Source: Pecten maximus
Taxonomy: Eukaryota
NCBI RefSeq assembly: GCF_902652985.1
Contig: NC_047029.1
Location: 18,538,001 to 18,602,000 of the forward strand
Reading direction: 5' to 3'
Length of the DNA: 64,000 bases
Under the pieces are notes generated by a model, which saw nothing but the letters and a program-made list of their open reading frames with translations, was not told the DNA's origin and made no database searches. The position numbers and the translations under genes were made by a program. This document shows, in pieces, positions 29,201 through 44,200 of this stretch (its first letter is position 1; each line of letters begins with the position of its first letter).

Positions 29201-32200
29201 AATACTGACTCCAAGCTATAAATGGTTATGACTCATATTTCTTTGTCTCAAATATTTCATATATATCTGTGACATGCAAGGGTACTGTTCTCATAGCAAT
29301 TCTATACAAAACTGCATCAAAAAATGCTCCTAAGAGGCCTGTTGGGGTCTTTGCTGATTAGTTCACATTTCAACTGTATAAAGATATATTTCCATATATA
29401 TCATCAGGCAACCAGTAATAAATTGAAAAGTGGAAATGTAACATTAACATAAAGGTTAAAAGGTTCAGGGTTTCGTTTCCGATATATATACCATAAAATG
29501 CTTTGCTTCTTCTATATTTGAGGTTGTTTGTTGTGTTTGTATCTGAAAGATGTAACGATGGATTTGATTGGTGATTGGATGAAGGCAGGAATTAAGGAAG
29601 TGGGGAGACGGGCATACATACTTGATAACGGAGTTTTACGTTTGAGATAAGCTTGTCCCAGCTTTTCCTTCCTTCGGAGAATCGGGCTGTGAGTAATTCT
29701 CCGTTGGCTTTCCAATTTCTGCTTCAGAGCAGAGCGCACTTTAAGATTGGGTTCTGAGGCTGAAAACAAGAATACATTAGGGTAAAACCTGTTTATTGTG
29801 TAACCTGTTTATCCCGACATCTCTCTGATCCAAAACTAGTTTATGATGTAAACTGGTTTGAACGGAGTCCTGATGGCCCTGTATAAAGTACATCTCCAGT
29901 ATCTAAGTATTGAGGTAGATTGTTTTAGTGGTTTAATGTTTTTCTATTAAAATAAGGTTTTAATTTCATTGTTTGGAAAGCTAAACTTACGTTTTTATTC
30001 TAGGAAACACATACCCATGCTTTTGGGTTTTTTAATATTGCTTGTTACTATATAATTATCAACATTCCATAATAAGAATTAAGCTGAAGCCTTTAAATTA
30101 AAGCCTACCAGGTATCCCACTTTTTCCGATTTTCTTTCTACATCTGTGTGAAAAGTTTTATTACTTAATCTCATGAGAGCTGCGCCCTGAATCTCCTAAT
30201 ATACTACTCGAATAATTCTGAAATGATCGAGTTTTGCTAATTTTACATTTCACAAAATGATTTTAAATAAAAATTCAGGCCATAACAAGAGTAAACAGGT
30301 TTTACGTCAATATCATGAACAGATCTTGAGTTGGCTCATACATAGCACCTATAAAATTGCCTATTCTGGCCAATTGTTTATAAAAAGATCTGAAATGAAA
30401 TTCATGGCTCACAGCACCATATCTGCTATTCCGCTCTGATAAATCATTCTCTAATAATTGGTTCTGTTATTTATACCATGTTAAAACTGAAAAATTTCGA
30501 GGAAAGGAAGTTTTTTTTTTATCTCATTCACACAGACATACAGTCATGGGAATAATGACGGGTCAATCATTTTCAAAATGTAGTATGTTTCAACATATCA
30601 TGGTTCACTTTCAGATAATCTCAAATAAAATCATTCAGTGTTCAATTGACATAAAAAATTATGCTGTAAATTATACCTGATAATAAAAGTTTATTTTAAG
30701 GGCGTGGCTTAAAATCCTCTACTTTTGACCAATGGTTACTCTCTGTTTCCAACTTTATCTAAATTTCTTTCCAATTATCCAGCCGAAGTCATTAAGAAAT
30801 GAAATCACCCAAAGCATTTCTGGAGCTATATCAGCTGTGGTCATTTACAAAGTGACCAGCTCTCTTGACCCATATACATTCTCCTTAATGGTGAAGAGAT
30901 TAGGCTGGTCACTGAAAGATTTGTAGACAACACTACAAATATAGCTCAGGATAATTGGGCTTCCCACCTCTACAACTCACTAAAACCAATCTGGACATCC
31001 TAAGATTTAATGAAATGGACCAAAAATATCCCAGCTTAGCTGGAAAATTCTCCTTTTATATTATGTACATCCTCTAAAATAAATGTTGCGAGAATTATAT
31101 TATCGTTCAAATTTCAAACACAATATTTTCATCATTTTTTGCTCTTTCATTCATTCAAAAAAATAAATAAGGCCATTTTACTTTTATGATTTGAGAAAAC
31201 ATACAAGTATCTTCTGTGACATCATTCAAGCACTCTGCCTACTTTCACATCACAGAACTGAACAAATGAATTCAAAAATTATTTTAATGAGAGAAAATTG
31301 AAATGTAACCATTCACCCCTTATCCATCAAAACATCATTTAATTCTATCTGATTATCAATCAATTTTTAAATGATTAATAAATTCTAATAATAGCTATGA
31401 GGTATAAACTATTGTTCTATGGAGCATTCTTAATGCATCTAATGACAGGTTTCTGAAAAGAAAGCTAAATGTTTTTATATATATCTGTTTCCTAGTGTAA
31501 ATGCAGAAAATTAAAGAAAATGTTTAAAACGGAGAAAAAAAATATATAAATGAAAGAAATGAAATTTAGGCCAAGAAAACATTCCTACATGGGGAGTTGC
31601 TTGCTGCATGTATAATGTGTGCAACAAAAAAAATTCAGATGCAGATGACGGCTTGGTTTGGAAAAACCAAAACACAACACAAAAACAACAACAACAGTAT
31701 AACGTTTTACAAGGACAAGGATTCGACTCCTACGCTTTCGTGCTGATAATGCCGGCCTAATATCATGCGAGGTCTGTCTAATACAGCATTACAGTGTGTC
31801 CCTGTGCCTCAGCATCATTCCAGTACTGATGAATGCTGTCGAAGACGATGGAATGCTACACTCTCTTATATTCTATTCTATTTTTAGAAAACTGATCCTA
31901 TATTAAGAACATCCATTACAATCATTGTGTGTTGATACAGTAGTTTTGACAGGAATTTCGGCATTATATCATAGGTGTTTTTTTCTGTTTTCATTCTACA
32001 CTGATAACATCCCTATACAATTTCAGAAAATCAAATGACTTTGGAAAATGAAGAAAGGAAAAAATATATATAGGAAATGCCACAAGATTTAAAAAAAAAA
32101 AAAAAAAAACCCAACAAAACAATCAAATTATATTTTTAGGCGTAGGAAATGAAATATCTGGGAAAGAACTGCATCCCTAGAGATCGAAAGCAGCTTCTGC

Positions 32201-35200
32201 CTGTTTTTAATTGAAGATTATATTCCCATCGTGTTAGATAAACGAATTATGAACATAAACTTAAGGGAATATGCCACACAGTTTAATTAGAAAGGGAAGA
32301 TAATTATGATTGCAGCCTACCTGAATATTAAGAACCTACATATTTTTACCTATATTTATATAGTGTTATCAAAATGTCAAACATCCAAGATTTATTTTTG
32401 GAGCCGTTTCTATAATGTTCAACAATAAAACCCACATTAGCATTTTATTCTACCAAGATAGTTTCTAGAAAGCCATTGAGAATGCTATTTTTAACATTAT
32501 TAATGAATCATTTACGTCATTAAATATGAAGAAAGCAACACATAAACAAGAGAACAGACATTGGTACAAAACCCCTTTATCCCTCATACTTGTTAGTGTA
32601 AAATTGATCAAATTAACATCTTATCAATTATGAAGAATACTGTTTTTCAAAAATACTAATACTCTATATACATATACAAACCCTCGTAATCTGACTACCT
32701 CGCATAAAATGACTCTGCGTTACCTATAAGCCTAGTGATGCCCCACTCCTTATAATGAGATTCAGTTCTAAGTAAGTGTTATGTAGGTATAATCAATTTC
32801 AACATATGTCTAGTTCTTCTATGCCAAGTAAAGTTTACCGGTTCCTCAGCCATAACACAGAGTAATTGGTGGAATTGTTTCTTATCAATTAATTTCTTGT
32901 TAATTACCAGAATAACGAGTTTTATTGTTTTGTGCTATAGATAGAGGGTTCATTGTTTTAGGCCAGTAATATCATATAGCACACTGTATAGACGTAAATA
33001 AAGCAAAAAATGGACAAAATCAGAATAGCACTGGCAGATTTAAAAAGGTCTTGCCACAAAGGTGTTGGAATTTCTCCGCTGGTTATTGAATTAATTTTAA
33101 TAAAGAAAAGACTCAAATCTAGATCTAGAGTTGACAGAAGCAAACACAATCAGTCATTTCGAAAACAAAAGAAAAGGTTTTATAAGTAAAAACTTTCTCA
33201 CAAACTCAAGCAACGCTAACACGATGCTTAAACACAAGAAAATAACAGCAAGCAAATGTACATACCTGTTTTCCGTAACGGAAAGTCATCTTCATATTTT
33301 CCTAATAAATGTGGCCCGTAAGGGGGAGACAACCCTGTCTGTGGTGGTGAACTTTGATCAGCCCTGCAAAGAAAATAATCCAAGAAAAACATATAAATAT
33401 TTAAGCTTTTAAATTTGTTGGGATTTATTTGCAATTTGAACACATCATTGAACTGATCCATGCCTTTCTCTCTCTCCCCCCCCCCCCCCCCCCCCCCCTC
33501 TCCCCTACTTAGTCATTGTCCAGAAACCAATGACTTTTTTATAGCGAGCTGATGACCTTGAACTTTAACATTTGGACTCAAGAAATGCTTAGGAATCAAT
33601 TTTGATGAGAGGCAATGTGTGAAGTTTGAGTATGATTGGTCAAAAACATTGATGAATGATTATCTGCTTGTGATTATTGGAAACATGATCTGAAAGTGAC
33701 GTTAAAAAAACGGAGAGCAGGTGATGAATGATTGATTGAAATAGACCAGAAAAATTGACACCTTCAGTCATTCTATGAAAGAGATATGAAATTACAATAC
33801 AGTTCATTCACACGTTATCGGAAAGCACTAATCAATGGCATGTGTGCTATTTTTAGCTAACACCTGTTTATTTAGTAATACCAAACAAACATGAAATTAA
33901 ATATCAGTTTCTCTAAGTCTCTTCTGATAAGACCAAACAAATAGTATGTGTTAGTTTCTTATGTTTTATAAACTGATACAACTAAAAAATATACATCAAA
34001 TTTCTTCCAGTTTTTTATGCCAAGCTTACATACATATATTTTTGTTTAGTTCTTTAGTTAAAATAAAGCATTATCATACATTTGCCTTTGTCAAATCTTT
34101 TAACATGAAATTAAACATGAAAAGTCACTCAAACTTTCGCGGACATTTTTTATTGTAATGTCTTGGCCTTGACCTTAATCACTCTGATTTAGATCTATAC
34201 ATACCAATGCCGATATTGTGGTGGAGAGTTCCGTGCTGCAGCTTCTCTTTGTTTCTTCGTCAAAACAAATTCTTGGAGTCTTTGTTTTACCTCTGAAGAT
34301 GCTATGGCACCTAAAACAGCAACCAGTCAGTGTTAACTTAGAAATCGGTGTGCTCCTAATATCACTTTGATGGAACTCAGAGACTTCACCCAAAATTGAA
34401 TAAAAGTTTTAAACATATTACAAGAGACTCATGTCACCTTCTAATAATGCACCGATAGATAATTTTTGCTTTTAAGTTAAGATTTTATACATTTGACCCC
34501 TGTGACCTTGAGAGTAGACAAAGGTAATTCATTTTAATAAATGTGTAGTCCTTCATCCCAGCATGCTACTGGCCCAGTATCATTACCCGAGACCTAAACT
34601 ACAAAGGGACGTAACTATTACGATCAGATTGGTCCAAATCAGGGAATTATTCAAGATCCGATTTGATATCTAGCTGCAGGCTCACAGCATACCAAAGGAT
34701 TTCATCAAAATCCAATTCACATCTAATCTAATTAGCATGTTAACAAGGCCCAATGGTTATAAAACTACAAGGGCCCATAACTCTATAAGTTCCACCTGAA
34801 TCGGCCCAAATGACAAACTCGTCTGTTGTATAAGTTGGCATACCAAGTTTCATGAAGTTGTGTTCACTTGGTCCAGTGGAAGTAGAACTACAAGGGGCCA
34901 CAACCCTGTAAGTTACAATTGAATTGACCCGATTGTAGAACTTGTTTGGGATCTTACTGGTATATGGCAGTATAATAAGTTTCATGGAAAACTTTCTACT
35001 GAAGTTATTGTATTCACAAGGAAAAGTTAACACTGACGGATGGCACATGATGACGGACAAAAGGCCATTGCAAGAGGTCACCAAGAGTCTTTGGGTCAGG
35101 TGACCTAAAAAAGCATTTTTTTATATATTGATGCAGATTTAAAGCTCAATAATGGAGTGAATGGTGAACCCTGCCTCAAGTCTTCATGTAAGAGATAATG

Positions 35201-38200
35201 AAATCACAAATCACTTGCCCAAATGACATTCTTCAAGATTTCTTTTATCACAAGTGTCACCGACATCAATGAAATAAATATCCCAAACGGGTTAACTTAC
35301 TCTCTTCATTCTTATTTTTATTCTTTATCTGTTCTAGTCTTTCCTTTTCCAATAGTTCCTTTTCAAGTCTATGTTGCTCTTCTAACTTCTTCTGTTGTTC
35401 AATAAACTCCTGCTGTTTTTGGAGTAGAACCAGATGCTGAAAAGTGAGAAACAAAAAATCTACATTCAGATAAAATGAAATGTCAATCACTCTTACTTAT
35501 GTATAGTTACTTTCATTATTCAAAAGCTGACATTTTTTGATAATTTCATTTCTAAATCAGCTAAAGTGATTTCACAATATTATTCGACTTCCATACTTTC
35601 ATTACTTCATTTATCCCACAATAAACTCAGACTGCCTTCCTATAATCTATAATGTTCTCTACATTATGCCAAAATACATAAAGCCTTTCTGGACAAGTAG
35701 TCTTTTTAACGAAAAGTTGATATAATTGGCATCAATGGCCCTAAATCCGGTAGAAATTGACGGAACTTAATGGCTTCCAGGGAGATACAAGAATATGTCA
35801 TGAATAAATGTGTAAAGTTTCGTTGAAATTCATGAATAATTCTGTAAGGAGTATGTGGTATATAAATGTGTCTACAAATGGAGGATGGACATTAAGACAC
35901 CCTGATTCCATAAACCACCCCCCTAACTTTTCTGTGGGGGCTAAAACAACAAAATGATAATTATATTTTCACAAATATCCATGACAGACAGTCACAAGCT
36001 TCATTCCTCAAGATTCAAACAACTTTGCTTAGATCATTTAAGGAAAAGGTTTTTATATTTATGGATATGAATTTGCTGTCATTAATTTGGATTATCTTTC
36101 CATAGGCAGTAGTGGTCAAAAACGTTTCAACCTTAAGTCTGAAATAGCAAAATATCTTAACCCTGTGCCATAGATATCAAGAGAAAGAAATTGTACAACA
36201 GTAATGGAATAACTATTTAACCCATAAGGCATTAAGTATATTCTATTTTCCTGTTTTCCACAACTTAGCTTCTACATTTTTGCAGTTAATTATTACAAAA
36301 TTGGATTCATTATATTATACTAAGAAGATTCCAGTGTTGTTCTGAACTTGATATAATGATATAGGAGAATAAAAGGTAATAATTCCCTTTTATAAGAAAA
36401 ATATATTTGAAAATGTTCATGACCATGCCACATACCAGTATAACAAGTACCTTAATAAATTAGGAAATCAAACATATAGAGATCTCAAATGGCTTTTTTT
36501 TTTTTTTTATATCACAAGTAGCATTATTTTTTTTTATCACAAATGGCATTGTTATTTTTATCACAAATGGCATTTTTTTTTTATCACAAATGGCATTATT
36601 TTTTTACTCATCTCAAATGGCATTGTTTTTATCACAAATTTATTTATCAAGATTTTGAAGTTGTCTAATTAAAAAGACAATTTTTTTTCAATTCATCAGT
36701 ATTTATTTATAAATGTCAAATTGAATATCAGAACATACAAAATCAATTATATCTGCAGTCAGTTATAAATATCCTAGTGTTTGATCCCCCTTAACGATAC
36801 CAGTACAAGACAACTTAGCCAAAAATATCTTCTGGTCATAAAGCACTCATGATCTAGCAGCCACATTCAATTACATCAACAACAGTGGCCTTGCATCTAT
36901 CAAAGCTAATGAGAGATTCAGCTAAACATCTTCTAAAAATCAATTTTATCTTGTATTTACATCAAATCCTGATATTCTAAATGTGGCTGTGTATTGCTAA
37001 AAATGGATTCCGCACTCGGCTTCGTACTCTTGTAAATAATAAGCCAAGAGCTGATCAACCAATGAGAATCATGATAATTTAAGCCCACACAATTTATATT
37101 TAGCAGCTAAGTAAAGATATTGAAATCCCTGAAAAACACTGTCATTCAAACAGTCTTTACAGAGCCTGATTTCAGTGTTGTTTTGATCTTTGACTTGTGA
37201 TACTCCAGGAGAGAAAATTATAACAGCTTTTGTTATAGGACATTACAACATATCTTATTTACTCACTTAGAACAAACTTGCTTTAGACATGATAATTTCA
37301 TCTGTCATTAGATATCTTCTTTCCTATACATTTAACAAAGGTCAAGCGGTCTTTCAGCAAATGTGACTTGTTACAAAAGTCAAAGGCCAAGCGGTCTCCC
37401 AGCAAACTTTGTGACTATAAAGGTCAAAGGCCAAGTGGTGTTTCAGCAAAGGTGACTACAAAGGTCAAAGGCCAAGTGGTCTCTCAGCAAAGGTGAATAC
37501 AAAGGTCAAATGCCAAGTGTTCTCTCAGCAAAGTTGAGATATCAAAGGCAAAGATCAAGTGGTCTCTCAACAAAGGTGACTACAAAGGTCAAAGGCCAAG
37601 TGTTCTCTCAACAAAGGTGATTGCAAATGAAAAAGGTCTCAACACAAGGGATTGTAAAAGCTAAAGGTCATGTTGGTCCCTCTTAACTTTGGTGACTATG
37701 AAGATCAAAGGTCAATTGTTTTATCAAAACACCTGTGATTACAAAGGTCAAGTATTCTCTGACCTCATCTCTTTACTCTTTTACCCTACCTGTGGATGAT
37801 AAAGTACTTCACACCCTTGACGAATGTTGATTGTATTGAATGTACCAACACAAACAGTAATTCGCATGCCACTTGTGTTACGGTGGTGGTGATTGGTTGT
37901 AATTAAGGACAATGTAGGCGGAGATTGTATTAAAATGTTGACAACACCAGAAAATGAAACATAAATTTGGCACATAATTTTGTATTCATACATATTCTCA
38001 TTGATCAAAATAATGACAGATATAGGGATTAGGAATATCCAGTGGGATAATAATATCAAAAGTGTATCCTGTTTGTCGTTTAGCTGATCATTAAGTTCAG
38101 ATTGCAGGTAGAATGGTCGGTACCCCCAACGTGTTTGTGTACCGCCATGACCAGGCCCTCTATTAGAACTGATGCAAATAAATCTACGATCTTCAATAAA

Positions 38201-41200
38201 TCTACGATCTTCATGGCGTCGGTTGCAGTTAATCTCACAGATAGGGCTGATATGTGTTTATGTAATTTCAATTAATAATCATATCCATAGGGCAAAAATT
38301 GACAACAATTGCCCTTGTAATGCAATAACACTGTTTCAGGTTGAATATACATTAAAATAGAAGTATGATATTATGCTGGCTTCTTTGGAAAGTAATCAAA
38401 ATGTGCTAACACGCATTGTTCAGTTGTCTACAATCCAGTGAGAATTGTAGGACAATAGCTTTGAAAGAAGATAGTTTTATGATTAAATATATTTCACGAT
38501 CTGAATTTACTCCTAATGAGAAAATCATCCTGATGTGTTGGGATAATCGGTCCACATGTTTATCAATAACCTGTGTTTATACAACCAAGTGACATTCTAC
38601 CTTAACGGTGGAATCTGAAGATTTTCTCTACGCCCACAGTTATACCTGGTAACATCAACCTAGACTATTTATAACAATGAAGTGTGACTTACTCGAGAAG
38701 CACAAACTCTATTGTTCTGGGACAGGTGAACATTTCAGGAAATGAAGTGTTTGTTTTCACGTTACCTGCTGTTGTTTACTACATTTCAATAGTAAGTAAA
38801 AGGTTGCCCAGTACACTCCAGTACACCCAAGTACACCCCAGTACACTCCAGTTCACTCCAGTTCACTCCAGTATTACACTCTAGTACACTCCACAATAAC
38901 AGGTTTACACGTAGTACACTCCACAGTTACATGTGTACACCTAGTACACTCCACAGTTACAGGTGTACACCAATTACACTCCAACAGTTACAGATGTACA
39001 CCTAATACACTCCAACAGTTACAGATGTACACCTAATACACTCCAACAGTTACAGATGTACACCTAATACACTCCAACAGTTACAGATGTACACCTAATA
39101 CACTCCAGTTACAGGTGTACACCTAATACACTCCACAATTATAGGTGTACACCATCAGTACACTCCACAGTTAAAGGTGTACACCTATTACACTCCACAG
39201 TTACAGGTGTACACCTAGTACACTCCACAGTTACAGGTGTAAACAATCAGTACACTCCAACAGTTACAGGTGTACACCTAATACACTCCAACAGTTACAG
39301 ATGTACACCTAATACACTCCAACAGTTACAGATGTATACCTAGTACACTCTACAGTTACAGATGTACACCTAGTACACTCTACAGTTACAGATGTACACC
39401 TAATACACTCCAACAGTTACAGATGTACACCTAATACACTCCACATTTACATGTGTACACCAAGTACACTCCACAGTTACAGGTGTACACCATCAGATCA
39501 ACCACACTGATCTTGACCTTGAGTTACAAATTGTACATATCGTGTTGACCTTGTCCTCTAACACTGACCTTGAGGAAAACATTGTACATTCCATGTTAAT
39601 ACTGACCTCAAGATATATACATTGTACACATCATATTAACCTTGACCCTTTACATTTCCCTTGAAATATACATTGTTCATACAATATTGACACTGATCCT
39701 TTACATTGACCTTGAGAAACACATTGAATATATCATGTTGACCTTGACCCTATACATTGACCTTGGGATAAACATTGTTAAAAACCATGTTGACCTTGAC
39801 CCTATACATTGACCTTGAAATATACATTGTACATACCATGTTGACCTTGACCCTATACATTGACCTTGACCTGATACATTGTACATACCATGTTGACCTT
39901 GACCTTATACATTGACCTTGAAATATACATTGCACCTACCATGTTGACCTTGACCCTATACATTGACCTTGAAATATACATTGTACATACCATGTTGACC
40001 TTGATGTGTTCCTGAAGCTGCTGTTCATGTTCCTGTGCTAACTGTTGCTGCTGTTGCTGGAACTGTTGTAGTAAAAGTTGTTGCTGCAAATCCTGCTGTT
40101 GTTTCAATGATGCAATCTGTTGCTGTAGCTGATGGTCTGGGAAGTAATTACTCTGTGGTGGGCGGCGACTTAACACCGGGGAGGCGAGTGGAGATGGAGT
40201 AATTTCTGAAATTATTTATATAAGCATATCAAATATCTTTTTTCCTTTCAGCAACATTAAAGTTATATACAAGTACCAATGTATATCCTATAGTTAAAAT
40301 TAAAACGGTATAAAAGTACATCTTTTATTTCAGAGTGGAAAGGAATATTGGATTTGACACTATCACAATGGTGAGGAATATTGGTATTGACACTATCACA
40401 ATGGTGAGGAATATTGGTATTGACACTATCACAATGGTGAGGAATATTGGTATTGACACTTCATGACAATGGTGAGGAATATTGGTATTGACACTATCAC
40501 AATGGTGAGGAATATTGGTATTGACACTTCATCACAATGGTGAGGAATATTGGTATTGACACTATCACAATGGTGAGGAATATTGGTATTGACACTATCA
40601 CAATGGTGAGGAATATTGGTATTGACACTATCACAATGGTGAGGAATATTGGTATTGACACTATCACAATGGTGAGGAATATTGGTATTGACACTATCAC
40701 AATGGTGAGGAATATTGGTATTGACACTATCACAATGGTGAGGAATATTGGTATTGACACTATCTCAATGGTGAGGAATATTGGTATTGACACTATCACA
40801 ATGGTGAGGAATATTGGTATTGACATTATATCTCACAATGGTGAGGAATATTGGTATTGACACTATCACAATGGTGAGGAATATTGGTATTGACACTATC
40901 ACAATGGTGAGGAATATTGGTATTGACACCATCTCACAATGGTGAGGAATATTGGTATTGATACAATATATTGTTTTCTGTTGACAGTATATAGCTGAGA
41001 AAATAAACACTGATATTGTACTGTACTTTTTCGTTGGCAGTAGAGCTGAGAAAATGAACATTGGCATTGTAAGATACCAGTCATAATTTGTAAACTGAAC
41101 TATTCCAGACATAAGATACAGTACCACTTCCATGTGTTATAAATTAGACTAAATAAAGTGAGGTAATCACACTTCATCACCTCAAATCATTAGTCATTCA

Positions 41201-44200
41201 TTGTACATGGCATTACTTGTATATTGCACAAAAAATGGAGACACCCAATGAAGAATTTTGGCACTAAAAGTTTCTTTTTTGTTCCTGCACATCACCAAGA
41301 CTTATCAATATACCAGTATATACATTAATTCACATAGATTTAGTCTCCCCTCCTTTAAATAAACAAACCAAACTTACATACGGACAAAAACCACAGAGTA
41401 ACCATATCCTGGTAGTACAAGGCACAACAGTAGGTTTAAATAATCAAAGTACTGAAGTACTGAATTAGGCATTAATCAGAAAGCAATGACACAGCTGTAA
41501 TATAGATGTCGACATGATTGTTGATTTACATTAAACAATGAGTGCTTATTTTCAAATTTATGACTAAAGCCATTAGTGTTTCCCGCACTTATCAAACACT
41601 GGAACTTGAGATTGTTTTTACCTAGAACTGTCTCCAAGATGTGCCAAATAAAAACCCCAGAAATTGGTCTGGTTCCCATTCTACTCCAACCACTAGTTAA
41701 TGTATATAATCAAAGTACTAGCTGAGCTGATATTCATAGGAAATAACAAGTTGATTCTAATTTACAAATAATGGCTGGTTTATTGGTGTACAGTGGAACC
41801 TCTATAAACTGAACATACATGGGCACATGGATATTTGTTCGGTTTACAGAAGGTTCGGTTTTGGAGAAGTTGATTGAAAGAACCTGTCGAATTCCGGATA
41901 TTATTATTTTTTTTTTATTCAAATTTTTTCCACATAATCACATACATCTATACATCGCATATGTAATTGGAAATTCTGGATATTATTGGTCGGACAATGT
42001 TTTGTTAGATTGTACCCGATTACAAACCGGGACTAGGCTTACAATTTGGTTTGTCTGAAAAATGCATATATTGCAGATTATATAAGAAATGCAAATGACT
42101 ATAACTGTAGTTTTATACAGTATTTGTACATGTACAACTGCTCTTTATGATCGACCTACATTCTGTTACATCCGGTGAAGCTTTGCCATGTGGATGGGGC
42201 CGATACGGAATATTTTACACATCGTATGAAAGGGTATGAAGATGTGTTGTTTCAACATTGATTACAATTGACCAGTTTATACTGGTCGTATACCTGACAT
42301 CGGTATTGTCTTCACACAAAAAACATCGGACACTGGCTTTGTTTCAGATTGTATATTTTTACGACCCTGTAAAAAAACAAGCCCCTTTGGGCCTCATTTA
42401 AATTAGATGCGAAACTCACGCTTTCTAGCTCTATTTGTATTGAGAAGATAAACAAACCGACGCGCTTCAATGAAGTGTGTCATTGATTCATAATTATCTT
42501 ATTGATTAAACACTACCGTTATAATGTCTCTCAGGGTATATACCGGATACCTGTACAAATCATCTACATGTATACGTAGGTCCCGAGACACAATTAGGCT
42601 TCACACAATACCCGTCACAGGTATTGTTTCACGGTTGACTGGCCTGACCTCGTGTCATGATCACTCAGGTAAGGCCGGTTTTCAGAAGCAATTTTGGGTA
42701 TATTTTAACAGGAACCGGACACAAAATTGGTCTGGTGATCGGAATTCAGAGGGATCAGTATTTGGAAGTTTTTTAATACAATAATAAAAGAGGACCAATT
42801 CCGTAAATTGACAATTCCTTCGGGTCTTCAGGGGCCGATTCGTTTAACTTAAAAATTGAACATACCAACAGCCAAATATCATGACCAATGTATTTGAAGA
42901 TTTGAAGTTTTGAAGAAATATGAAGAAGTATGAAAAAATATGAAGAAGTAAGAAGAAGTATGAAGAAATATGAAGAAGTGAATGTTAGGTTGAGAACAAT
43001 GTGTGTAAACTGACAGGTATAGAGGTTTATATAATCCTGTTTATTGTTATTCATTCCTATTGTGTTAAAAAACAATTGTTTTTAACAGTGCACACTAGTA
43101 CTATTTACAGACTATCATTATCATTATCAGAATCGAAAGTCAGAAGGCAAAGTATAACTCTGACAATCAAATCCAAGTTTATGTCAAAGGTCTTATTGTC
43201 AGGGCCAATCAAAATCATTCTATTTTTATTCCCTAATATAATGTAGTTATCTCCCCTTACAACGATAACTAGTTTATTGTGATGAATATATAGGTTGTTC
43301 AGAGCCTGATATTTCCAATCTTCAAAGATAATCCCTATTCTTTTTGTTATTGAAAATGAAATCACAATATTATCAGGATGAAGTTTTATTTCTTACATTT
43401 GCTATATGCTACATGTTCTACAAAAGTTGTCCCAGAGGTTACCACTAGGATTACAAATTTGGTACTTCCAAAGGACAGAAAATGATTTTTTTTTTTTTGT
43501 ATATTATCCTGGTTATTTTTAAAGCCTTAATATTTTTGCATGAATACAAATAGTTCAACTAGCATAAATAGATACATAGTTCAACTAGCATAAATACATA
43601 CACAGTTCAACTACATCATCAGTGAATCCACAGAAAGTGCAATATGAACTTGGAAAGAAAATAAATTGGAAATGAAAGTGACAGGTTGTGACATCACATC
43701 CGATACGCAATTCCAACATGACAGGCATAAACGTCTCCATAAAAACTCGTTCATATGTTGTACACATGTCCATTTCGTCATTTCAGTGTCAGTAACAAAT
43801 AAAACTAATTTTAATTCAAGATACAATATGTACCAATGCTTAGGTGTGTGTTTCTTGTTCTACACAGAAAATCAGGGGGGTTGTATAGTTTTTATTGCCT
43901 ACATATAGTCTCTGAAATCTTGAGCTGATAAACCAATCGACACAATGACTTAAAGAAGTAGAACTTTAACTGTAGAACAATGCATTTCTTCAGCAACTTA
44001 TTTACTGAACTACAGAACTGGGTGGGCTTATTGCCAGACATGGGACTAAGCTGATGTCAGATGAATACGTTATGTCAATATATGGTTTACAATCATCTTA
44101 ATTCCACCATACGGTGCATGAAACTTGTCCAATCTGATAGGATACAATATATTGGTCAGTTAAGATTGGATAAATGTCATTTTATGACTTTTATAAGTGA

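Noticed and set aside
40497-41133. Hydrophobic repeat ORFs
   Set aside because: Translation of the 33-bp minisatellite.
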